From: an uncultured Planctomycetia bacterium
GTDB taxonomy: Bacteria; Omnitrophota; Gorgyraeia; Pluralincolimonadales; CAZUZR01
Assembly: GCA_964625025.1 (NCBI GenBank)
Contig: CAZUZR010000001.1
Coordinates: forward strand, 1,456-54,584
Length of the DNA: 53,129 nt
Direction of reading: 5' to 3'
Each line of letters starts with the position of its first letter. The stretch's first letter is position 1. The position numbers were made by a program, and so were the translations under genes. Shown one piece after another: positions 1 through 7,783 of this stretch. The notes beneath the pieces are model-generated. The model saw only the letters and a program-made list of their open reading frames with translations. It ran no database searches and had not been told where the DNA came from.

Positions 1-70
1 CTGGCGAAGGGAATCGAACCCCCGACCCGCGGTTTACGAAACCGCTGCTCTACCCCTGAGCTACGCCAGC
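1..70 (-). tRNA. tRNA-Thr (anticodon CGU), 3' acceptor end cut by the window edge
   Basis: Reverse complement folds as GCUGGCG-UA-GCUC..GAGC-A-GCGGU-UUCGUAA-ACCGC-GGGUC-GGGGG-UUCGAUU-CCCUU-CGCCAG. This is a full cloverleaf and the anticodon loop gives CGU. The last acceptor base and the discriminator lie outside the window. Confidence 0.85.
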
Positions 71-74
71 TTAA

Positions 75-218
75 GACGTTCTTGGTTCTGTAAAACACCC
101 TTTCGGTAGTCCAATCTAAATCTTGAACAGAACCTCTTCACGTCTTACGTTCAGCCACTAAAGCTGCGTCGTAAGGGAAGAAACGTTGTTTCTCCCCTTA
201 CTATTCCTCTCTTCCTTA
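75..218 (-). repeat. Copy B of a ~145-nt repeated intergenic element (candidate structured RNA); 48-nt core 171..218 is identical to 38628..38675
   Basis: The core gtaagggaagaaacgttgtttctccccttactattcctctcttcctta is identical in both copies and contains a 14-bp hairpin. The flanking ~95 nt is alignable at roughly 65-70% identity, with some paired changes. Confidence 0.6.
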
Positions 219-269
219 GATGATATAGGCTCACTTCGAATCCATTTATTACCCACTTATAAATATCAG

Positions 270-552
270 TGGTGGGCAGGGAAGGATTCGAACCTTCGAA
301 GGCATAGCCGCCAGATTTCAAGTGCCCTCAAGTTACCTTAAGGCTTGGACTATCTCATCATCCTCAAAAATATGCAAGGATGGTGGGCGCTTAGTCTCTG
401 CACCTTCCCCGACGTAACGTCGGGGCTTGGCTCAGGATTATCCTCAAAACCTTAAGGACTTCCCTGAATTCACCCACTTTTCCATCTAATATTGCTATTA
501 GACGCTGCGTAATCACACAGTCTGGTCCATTTGGCCACTTTGGTACCTGCCC
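270..552 (-). tRNA. tRNA-Tyr (GUA), class II with long variable arm and encoded CCA, interrupted in the anticodon loop by a 198-nt group I intron; exons 517..552 and 270..318
   Basis: Exon 1 is GGGCAGGUACCAAAGUGGCCAAAUGGACCAGACUGU. Exon 2 is AAAUCUGGCGGCUAUGCCUUCGAAGGUUCGAAUCCUUCCCUGCCCACCA. Joined, they give an 85-nt Tyr cloverleaf with stem CCAGA/UCUGG, loop CUGUAAA, T-arm GAAGG-UUCGAAU-CCUUC and acceptor GGGCAGG/CCUGCCC. Confidence 0.85.
319..516 (-). ncRNA. Group I self-splicing intron (IC3-like, ORF-less, 198 nt) in tRNA-Tyr
   Basis: The 5' exon ends in U and the intron ends in G (..CACUUG). The helices that can be drawn are:
- P1: CUGU/GCAG with a U.G pair at the splice site
- P2: GUCUAAUA-GCAA-UAUUAGAU, with a GNRA loop
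- P3: GUGGGUG/CGCCCAC
- P4: UUCAGG/CCUGAG
- P6: CCCCGAC-GUUAC-GUCGGGG
- P7: GACU/AGUC
- P8: AUCCU..AGGAU

The block GAGCCAAGC...GAAGGUGCAGAGACUAAGCGCCCACC resembles, from memory, the Azoarcus and Anabaena tRNA intron cores. Confidence 0.8.
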
Positions 553-560
553 ATTTATAC

Positions 561-635
561 TGGAGCTGGTGAGAGGAATTGAACCTCCAACCCCCTCATT
601 ACAAGTGAGGCGCTCTGCCATTGAGCTACACCAGC
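561..635 (-). tRNA. tRNA-Thr (anticodon UGU), CCA encoded
   Basis: Reverse complement reads GCUGGUG-UA-GCUC-AAUGGCA-GAGC-G-CCUCA-CUUGUAA-UGAGG-GGGUU-GGAGG-UUCAAUU-CCUCU-CACCAGC-U-CCA, a canonical 75-nt cloverleaf. Confidence 0.9.
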
Positions 636-638
636 ATA

Positions 639-1052
639 TCATTTTTCAAGAAAATCAAACCTCGATTCGTATTTAGTAGATAACGTTACAAATTTCTTCT
701 GATTATTCTTCGCTGGCACGAGCCTCAATTTATATCCACCTTTATCGGCACCAGATAAAGGAATAAAATAGATTTTCTTTTCTTTATCATAGTAAACGGC
801 TATTATATCGATATTGCTATCGGTATAATGAATAATATTATAATTATTAGAGCTTCTAAATCGAACTTCTAAAACGCCGTTTTTCGGCGTTACGTATTTG
901 ACTTGTATTCTCTTAAAGATGCCGTTCTTCTCGCTAACTAAATCGTAACGAACATCTTCGCCCCAGGGAATAAGCACATTAAAGCCGTTTTGTTTCAAGG
1001 CATACATAACATATGCTTCCGCTATATCACCTTTTTGTTTTGAGATAGCCAT
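639..1052 (-). CDS. PD-(D/E)XK endonuclease of the I-Ssp6803I-like family (homing-endonuclease-type), free-standing
   Basis: The 137-aa product has KGDIAEAYV..L..NGF.V..PWGEDVRYDLV....G...RIQVKY, then ..SSNNY...HYT...IDIIAVYY....IYFIP and KLRLVPAKNNQKK. This pattern matches the small PD-(D/E)XK family that includes the tRNA-fMet intron endonuclease I-Ssp6803I (Pfam PDDEXK_5, from memory). The stop codon is 3 nt from the tRNA-Thr(UGU) 5' end. Confidence 0.6.
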   Translation of the reverse strand: MAISKQKGDIAEAYVMYALKQNGFNVLIPWGEDVRYDLVSEKNGIFKRIQVKYVTPKNGVLEVRFRSSNNYNIIHYTDSNIDIIAVYYDKEKKIYFIPLSGADKGGYKLRLVPAKNNQKKFVTLSTKYESRFDFLEK

Positions 1053-1053
1053 T

Positions 1054-1926
1054 TTATTTTGTAATAAGTTTTATACTTTCTGGAAGTTTATTTAAAATAT
1101 CGGATGCGATTAAACTTACCTCGCCTTTTTCTTCTGCTGCTAAATTTCCCGCAAGTCCGTGCAAATATACGCCAAGCTTAGCAGCGTCAAACGGCCTTAA
1201 CCCTTGACCTATAAATGATGCTATCATTCCCGTCAAAACATCGCCGACGCCGCCTGACGCCATACCTGGATTTCCGGTTAAGTTTATATAAATTTTTCCT
1301 TTAGGCTCGGCGACAACTGTTCGATAACCCTTTAAGGCGCAAACCACATTATATTTATTCGCGAAATCCTTTGCAACTCTTTCTTTATTTTTTGCTATCT
1401 TATCTCTCGATAAAGGCACTAATCTCGACATCTCGCCCGGATGCGGAGTAATTACAATAGGCGCTTTCATAGAATTCAAAATCGATGTCTTCCCTTCAAG
1501 TGCATTAATTCCATCTGCATCTAAGACCACGGGCTTTTTTAATGAAACGATTAAGCGTTTAACCAATTTTTGCGTGCTAAAATTTTTTGAAAGTCCGGGA
1601 CCAATAGCCACGCAATCAACCTTCTCGGCGAATTTTAAAATCTGCGGCAAGGCTTTCTTACTTAACGACTGCTGGCGCGTCTGGGGCAATGGCTTTGTCA
1701 TCACCTCAGTTAATTTTCTTGCTAAGATGGGGTTTAAACTCTTGCAAATTCCCAGCGTGACAAGGCCGCTTCCTGCCAAAAGAGCCGCCTCTGAACATAA
1801 CGCCGCAGCGCCCGTCATCCCGACAGAGCCCGCTATTACGAAAACATGCCCGTAATCTCCTTTATGTGTATTCGGCTTTCTCTTTGGAAGCAATTTTTTT
1901 ATATCGCTCGGAACCTTAATTTTCAA
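1054..1926 (-). CDS. nnrD: ADP-dependent NAD(P)H-hydrate dehydratase (YjeF C-terminal domain type)
   Basis: Motifs HKGDYGHVFVIAGS, ITPHPGEM and GNPGMASGGVGDVLTG. Confidence 0.85.
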   Translation of the reverse strand: MKIKVPSDIKKLLPKRKPNTHKGDYGHVFVIAGSVGMTGAAALCSEAALLAGSGLVTLGICKSLNPILARKLTEVMTKPLPQTRQQSLSKKALPQILKFAEKVDCVAIGPGLSKNFSTQKLVKRLIVSLKKPVVLDADGINALEGKTSILNSMKAPIVITPHPGEMSRLVPLSRDKIAKNKERVAKDFANKYNVVCALKGYRTVVAEPKGKIYINLTGNPGMASGGVGDVLTGMIASFIGQGLRPFDAAKLGVYLHGLAGNLAAEEKGEVSLIASDILNKLPESIKLITK

Positions 1927-1929
1927 ACT

Positions 1930-2313
1930 TTATCCCTTCCTTAATAAAATACAATTTCCGACTGCGTAATTTTTCGTGTGCGATAAACTAACGACCACCT
2001 TTGAAATTCGCCTCTTCTGTTTTATTTTTTTTGCGTTGCCTTTCAATATCACCTTTGGCTTTCCGTTTCTCTCGTTTAATATTTCAACATCGGTCCATAA
2101 AATCGGTGTTTTTCCATCGCCACCAAATGCCTTATAAACAGCTTCTTTCGCCGCAAACCTCGCCGCAAGGTGCTGTTCCGGCGCGCCTTTGTCTTTACAA
2201 TAAGCCAATTCTCGCTTCGTATAAATTTTATCTAAGAACTTTTTACCCCATTTCTTGATGGCGGATTTAATTCGTCCGACTTCCACTATATCTACGCCGA
2301 AGCCCTCTATCAT
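1930..2313 (-). CDS. acpS: Holo-[acyl-carrier-protein] synthase
   Basis: 127 aa with [10 protein letters not shown] and [10 protein letters not shown]. Overlaps pdxJ by 4 nt. Confidence 0.9.
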
Positions 2314-3023
2314 TTTATTAGCGCCAACATCTCCTTTACAGCTTTATTTAAGCCAACGTACACCGCCCGCGAAATTATAGAATGACCGATATTTAATTCT
2401 TCGGTGCCTTGGATTTTGGCTACATCAACAACATTATTATAATTTAATCCATGCCCAGCGTTAATGCGCAACCCTAAATTAATCGCATATTTTGTGGCAT
2501 CTATCAATTTTTTTAATTCCGCCTTTTTGTTTTGCTCGTCTTTGGCATTTGCGTATTCACCTGTATGCAGCTCTATAAACTCCGCCCCCAGTTCCTTAGC
2601 GGCTTCGATTTGTCTTTTATTAGGATCGATAAATAAACTGACAGTAATTGCGCGCCTTTTTAACTTCTCAATTACGTTCGCTATGGCCTTTTTATTTTTG
2701 ATACAATCCAATCCACCCTCGGTCGTCAACTCTTTTCGCCTCTCAGGAACTAATGTTGCTTCATCGGGTTTTACGTCGAGCGCTATATCTACGATATCCT
2801 TCGCAATTGACATCTCTAAATTCAATCGAGTCTTAACTGTCTTCCTTAATATATATAAATCCCTCTCGTTTATATGCCGCCTGTCTTCGCGCAAATGGCA
2901 AACTATGGAATCGCACCCAGCCGCTTCAGCGACCTGCGCAGCCAAAATCGGATCTGGCTCAACTTCTCCTCTTGCTTGCCGTAATGTTGCGACGTGGTCG
3001 ACATTAACGCCTAATTTTGGCAT
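2310..3023 (-). CDS. pdxJ: Pyridoxine 5'-phosphate synthase
   Basis: [24 protein letters not shown] and NAGHGLNY; 237 aa. Confidence 0.9.
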
Positions 3024-3037
3024 TCCAATTCTTAAGG

Positions 3038-3466
3038 TTATTGGGATTTTTCGATAGGAATGGTAATATCAACGATTCCGCCCGCTCCGTAAAACCTAAT
3101 GCCTCTAACCGATTCCAGCGGGGCGGTTACATTATAAGTCCTGCTCTGACCTGTAATGTCAATTGGCACCGTCTTTAAAAAAACCAACTTATCTACTATC
3201 CGTTTTGGGCCGATAATAAAAGTCGCATCCGGCTTTATGGTTATCTTATCCGCGTGAAGTATATAATTCTCTGCCGGCTGACCCTTGATTATAGGTGTAA
3301 TCTGAACTTGTTTCCTCACATTTCCAGGCGCGTAGCCAACCCAAAATGGCAATCTTTCTTCTCCTGGAGTATGCCTTAATTCGCCAACAACATACAACCA
3401 AGTTATAACAGCCAACGCCAACGAAATGCTCTTCAGTCCAAAATTTTTTAAAAGCCAATTCCTCAC
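3038..3466 (-). CDS. YbbR-domain protein (CdaR-like regulator of diadenylate cyclase), single domain
   Basis: An N-terminal TM helix plus one YbbR-like beta domain, immediately downstream of cdaA. It starts at GTG; an in-frame TAG lies 18 nt upstream. Confidence 0.6.
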
Positions 3467-3526
3467 CCCGTTAGAAACCTCCTAATATACTACCCCGTTA
3501 GAACAATAGTTTCTAACGGGGTTCAT
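3464..3526 (-). repeat. Three-arm hairpin junction element, family 1, copy 1 (cdaA/ybbR junction)
   Basis: Minus strand reads ATGAACCCCGTTAGAAACTATTGTTCTAACGGGGTAGTATATTAGGAGGTTTCTAACGGGGTG. It is near-identical to 21917..21978. The TGA is the cdaA stop and the terminal GTG is the ybbR start. Confidence 0.8.
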
Positions 3527-4338
3527 GTCTTCCTTTTACCAAATATGTTGGCAAAGAATTTTATCCGTGGATGCTTCTCTTTTTTAGGCCTGTATAAAAG
3601 TGCCCGCAGATGATTTATAAGCCGCTCCCTGTCTAAATCGCGGGTTAATTTGCCGGCGTTCGCAACGGAGACCGCGCCTGTCTCCTCCGAGATGACGACG
3701 CAGACCGCATCGGTCTCTTCAGTCAAACCTATTGCTGCCTTATGCCTGGTGCCCAGCAACTTGCTTATATCAGGGTTTTGCGAAAGCGGAAAGAGGCATC
3801 CCGCCGCTATTATCCTGTCACCGTGGATGATAACGCCTCCGTCATGAAGTGGGGTATTCGGCATAAATATGGTATTTAGTAGTTCGCTTGAGACATTGCT
3901 ATCGATTGTAACGCCGCTTTCCGTATACGGCTCTAAGTTAACCTCCCTTTGTATCGCCAAAATCGCGCCTATCTTCTTCTTGGAAAGCATCGAAGCTGAC
4001 TTAGCGACCTCCTCGATGACCCTCTCCTCAGTTATGATGCTTCCAAAGACTTTTTCTCTTCCGATTCTCGCCAAACCACTGCGCAATTCGGGCTGAAATA
4101 CAATCAGAAACGCAATCACGGAAAGCGCAAATAATTTCGTGAACATCCAATTTATAACATCGAATCCAAACTTCTGCGTCAGGAAAAATATTGTTATGAT
4201 GATTATAATTCCTCGCAGCACTTGAACCGCACGAGTGCCTTTGATGAAGAGGAGCAACCTGTAAATTATAAACCAAAGGATTGTTATTTCTATAACCGGC
4301 TTCCAAATCGTAAACATAATTTCTCTTATATTTTCCAT
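3523..4338 (-). CDS. cdaA: Diadenylate cyclase CdaA (membrane-anchored DAC domain)
   Basis: Three N-terminal TM helices, PLHDGGVII and GTRHKAAIGLTEETDAVCVVISEETG. Confidence 0.9.
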   Translation of the reverse strand: MENIREIMFTIWKPVIEITILWFIIYRLLLFIKGTRAVQVLRGIIIIITIFFLTQKFGFDVINWMFTKLFALSVIAFLIVFQPELRSGLARIGREKVFGSIITEERVIEEVAKSASMLSKKKIGAILAIQREVNLEPYTESGVTIDSNVSSELLNTIFMPNTPLHDGGVIIHGDRIIAAGCLFPLSQNPDISKLLGTRHKAAIGLTEETDAVCVVISEETGAVSVANAGKLTRDLDRERLINHLRALLYRPKKEKHPRIKFFANIFGKRKT

Positions 4339-4350
4339 CTGGCTAAAAAC

Positions 4351-5547
4351 CTAACATTTCAAAATAGCGTCGGTCAAACGCGCAACCTGTCCCATCTCGT
4401 GAACATCGTGAACCCTTAAGATATTAGCGCCATTTTGAATTGCTATGGCCACGGATGCTGCTGTCCCAAATAATCTCTCGCCTAAATCAAGGCCTAATAC
4501 CTTGCCGATAAACGACTTCCTCGACGGCCCCACCAGAATAGGATATCCTAATGATTTGAATTCACGCAGCCGCTTTAGTATCTTTAAATTGTGTTCGACT
4601 GTTTTGCCAAACCCGATTCCAGGGTCAATTATAATTTTATCGTCGGAGATTCCGGCGTCTTTAGCAATCTTAATGCTCTGCCGTAAACCCTCAATAATCT
4701 CGTAAATCAGCGACTTATATTTAGGGCTCTTTTGCATTGTCCGAGGAGTGCCTTTTATGTGCATAAGGACGACCGCCGCATCATACCTCTTTGCCAACCT
4801 CGCTAATTGAGGTTCCTTCTTAAGCCCTGTTATATCATTTACAATAACAGCCCCACAATTTAATGCCCTTTGCGCAACTGACGATTTCGAAGTATCTATC
4901 GAAATTGGAACTTTAAGCCGCTTCGCCAAAATTTTAATTACTGGAATCACGCGCTCGCATTCCTCTTTCGCCGAAACTGGCTTGGCCCCTGGCCGAGTTG
5001 ATTCGCTGCCAACATCAATTATATCCGCACCTAGCGCTTCCATCCCAAGAGCATGTTCTACTGCTCTTGCTTTATCAAAATAAAGTCCTCCATCGGCAAA
5101 AGAGTCGGGCGTCACATTCAATATCCCCATTATATGCGTGCGTTCGCTCAAATTCAATTTATATTTGCCGGCGCTTAGGCCGAAATTATCTTTTTCATAG
5201 TTTACTTCGAGCGCGCGTAACTTCCTTCCCAGCTCAGGAAGGTCAAGAGGTTGTTCGGCCAATTTATCACAGAGCCGATTTATCTGTGCCTTCGTGCCGA
5301 TTATTATCCCTTCGCAATTTCGAGACCTGCGTATAAACGCATTCCAAGGCACAGAACAGTCGCCGCCGATAGAGAGCATCTCTTGTTTTAGGATATTAAG
5401 CGTGGTGGAACCTATCCCTTTTACTTTTATTATCCTCAAAATCCCTTTTGGCGCCATAACATCTATTCCGCCGCGATGAACTTTCAAAGAGCGCAATTCC
5501 TCCACTACTTCATCTAAATTTTTAAGCTCCAGCACTTGAAGATTCAT
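4351..5547 (-). CDS. folP: Dihydropteroate synthase with ~135-aa N-terminal extra domain
   Basis: The pterin-binding domain starts near aa 138 (IMGILNVTPDSFADGG, DVGSESTRPG, GIGFGK). Overlaps the ftsH 3' end by 26 nt. Confidence 0.85.
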   Translation of the reverse strand: MNLQVLELKNLDEVVEELRSLKVHRGGIDVMAPKGILRIIKVKGIGSTTLNILKQEMLSIGGDCSVPWNAFIRRSRNCEGIIIGTKAQINRLCDKLAEQPLDLPELGRKLRALEVNYEKDNFGLSAGKYKLNLSERTHIMGILNVTPDSFADGGLYFDKARAVEHALGMEALGADIIDVGSESTRPGAKPVSAKEECERVIPVIKILAKRLKVPISIDTSKSSVAQRALNCGAVIVNDITGLKKEPQLARLAKRYDAAVVLMHIKGTPRTMQKSPKYKSLIYEIIEGLRQSIKIAKDAGISDDKIIIDPGIGFGKTVEHNLKILKRLREFKSLGYPILVGPSRKSFIGKVLGLDLGERLFGTAASVAIAIQNGANILRVHDVHEMGQVARLTDAILKC

Positions 5548-7402
5548 CTGAAAGCCCCAAGAGCTGCCTTACCTCTTTGACGTCCAAAACCTCTTTTTCG
5601 AGTAGCGTCTGTGCTAAGGTCTTTAATTTATCTTTATTATTAGAAAGCGTCTCTTTTGCACGAGCATAACATTCGTCTATGATACGTTTAACCTCTTGGT
5701 CTATTATTAAAGCGGTCTGGTCGCTATAATTTCTCTCCTCTAAAATATCCCTGCCCAAAAATATCTGCTCCTGCCTTCTCCCAAATGTCAGGTGACCTAA
5801 TCTATCGCTCATGCCAAATTCGGTTACCATGCTTCGGGCTTGCTCAGTCGCGACTTCCAAATCGTTGTGTGCACCAGTCGTTACTTCGTTAAGTATCAAT
5901 TCTTCTGACGCCCTGCCGCCCAATAAAACCGTAAGTTCCGCAAGCAATTCCGTCTTGGTCTTAATATACCTGTCCTCAGCCGGCGGAGCCATCGTATATC
6001 CCAATGCCATTCCCCTCGGCAGAATTGTAACTTTATGGAGTGGATTTGCGCCTGGAGTCAATAATGCTAATAGCGAATGTCCCGATTCATGATATGCGGT
6101 AATTTCCTTTTCGCGAGTTGTGATAACTCGGCTCTTCTTAGCAGGGCCGGCAATCACCCGCTCTATGGATTCTTCCATTTCCGACATCGTAACGGATTCT
6201 TTATTTCTCCTTGCGGCTAAGAGCGCTGCCTCGTTTACTAAATTCGCTAAATCAGCGCCGGAGAAACCCGCAGTCCGACGAGCAACTAGTTTTAAATCCA
6301 CATCTGGCGCTAACTTAACATTCCTTATATGAACCTTTAATATCGCCTCCCTGCCGACTATATCAGGCCTGCTTACAACGATAATCCTATCGAATCTGCC
6401 AGGGCGCAATAAGGCAGGGTCTAAAACATCAGGCCTATTGGTCGCCGCAACTAATATCACGCCCTCTTGCGTGTTAAATCCATCCATCTCGACTAGAAGC
6501 GCATTTAAAGTCTGTTCGCGCTCGTCGTGTCCTCCGCCGATACCAGCAAAACGCTGCCTACCTACTGCATCTATCTCATCTACAAATATGATACAGCCCT
6601 TTCCGCCTTGTTTTGCCGCCCGCTTCGCTTGGTCAAATAAATCGCGCACCCTCGATGCGCCAATGCCAACGAACATCTCTACAAAATCCGAACCGCTTAT
6701 CGAGAAGAAAGGCACACCCGCCTCTCCGGCGACCGCCTTTGCTAACAGCGTCTTGCCTGTTCCCGGTGCTCCGATTAATAAAATCCCCTTTGGCATCTTG
6801 CCACCTAAGCGTTGGAATCTCCTGGGGTCTTTTAAAAATTCTATTACCTCTTGCAATTCCTCTTTCGCTTCGTCAACTCCGGCAACATCTTTAAATGTAA
6901 CTTTTAATTGTTCGCCTAAAACCTGTCTGGCTCGACTTTTCCCAAAAGATAAAAGCCTACCACCGCCGGCCTGTGCGCCGCGGTATATAATAAACCAGAA
7001 AAGCAGGACAAATATAAGCGGCCCTAAAACCGTATAAAATACGTTCGCCCAAAATGTCCTCGGGATTTTAACCTCAAACTCAGGGACATTTTCCCTTAAG
7101 AGCTTCATCATGTCTGGGTCGCCTTCGGGGACGTTGACGATGTAGCGAGTTCCGTCGGAAAGTTCTCCCTCTATGATATTCTCCATCTTGACCGCGGACT
7201 TTAGCTTATGCTCCACTTTATTCTGAACTACATAATTGTAGAACTCGCCATAAGTCAATTTCTTAGGCACAGGTCCCATTGGCGGAGTCCCCAACCGTAA
7301 GAAATATATCAGCCCCGCAATAAATATGAGCCAAAAGATTAAACTTCTTAACGGCCTCTGCATCTGATTATTCTGTCTTTTCTTCTTTCCTTCGTTCGCC
7401 AT
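5522..7402 (-). CDS. ftsH: ATP-dependent zinc metalloprotease FtsH
   Basis: Two TM segments, Walker A GAPGTGKT, Walker B IIFVDEID and zinc site HESGH. Confidence 0.95.
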
Positions 7403-7427
7403 ATAAAATCCTTTTCCGCAAAATTTT

Positions 7428-7457
7428 ATTATATCAAAAAAAATCTATGAATAGCAA
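7428..7457 (-). promoter_or_regulatory. Candidate sigma70 promoter for ftsH
   Basis: Minus strand reads TTGCTA-18 nt-TATAAT with an extended -10 TG (TGATATAAT), about 25 nt upstream of the ftsH ATG. Confidence 0.4.
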
Positions 7458-7783
7458 GAAAAATAGATTGGATTAATCGAAGAGAATTTATGAAATTGCC
7501 TACCTCGCTAATTCGCTGACAACTGGCCAACTTACGGAGGGAACGAATCTGCCGAATATCTTAAGGGCGTTTTCGGTGAAGGTGCAACAGAGGCTCAATA
7601 GCAGGGTTGCGTTTAATATTATTTATTTCCTTTTCCACTTATCAAGCCATTCTTTGTAAGGGGGTATTGGAAGTTAAATCTATGGCGCACTTCTAGCTGT
7701 ATTAATCACCCATAGGGTGGCACTTTAAGGACCGTCCCTTGTCTATTCACGGCTGGAAGACCTTTGAGCGACGTAGGTAAAAT

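Noticed and set aside
100-140. Hammerhead-like CUGA...GAA segment in repeat copy B (GCUGAACGUAAGACGUGAAGAGG)
   Set aside because: The CUGAnGA core is incomplete, and the CUGA is not conserved in copy A (UUGA). It does not fit a hammerhead.
71-269. Possibility that the spacer between tRNA-Tyr and tRNA-Thr hides a degenerate tRNA-Gly (by analogy with the E. coli thrU-tyrU-glyT-thrT order)
   Set aside because: No T-loop (GTTCGAAT-like), no acceptor complementarity and no cloverleaf can be drawn. The sequence instead matches the repeated element upstream of rplS.
391-642. 83-aa minus-strand ORF from the ORF track
   Set aside because: It lies entirely within the tRNA-Tyr intron and exon 1 and within tRNA-Thr(UGU). 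It is explained by the RNA genes and has no protein-like features.
1-1052. An integrated mobile element or prophage at the tRNA cluster
   Set aside because: No integrase, no direct repeat of a tRNA 3' end, and the flanking genes are housekeeping. Only the intron and the endonuclease suggest mobility.
2464-3057. Plus-strand ORFs of 60-200 aa antisense to minus-strand genes (also 6438..7037, 9407..9952, 11816..12421, 43103..43630 and the other plus-strand entries)
   Set aside because: Each lies wholly inside a well-supported minus-strand gene, has a low-complexity Ser/Leu/Pro-rich composition typical of shadow frames, and lacks an RBS or any recognisable domain.
3246-3458. Overlapping minus-strand out-of-frame ORFs (3246..3458, 4028..4306, 9008..9205, 10136..10318, 20944..21138, 52568..52756)
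   Set aside because: These are alternative frames of confidently assigned genes, with no independent support.
7403-7783. RNase P RNA, tmRNA or SRP RNA in the long gap
   Set aside because: None of the signature motifs are present on either strand (GAGGAAAGUCC and the ACAGAA region; tRNA-Ala-like ends with a tag ORF; GGAAGCAGCC in domain IV).
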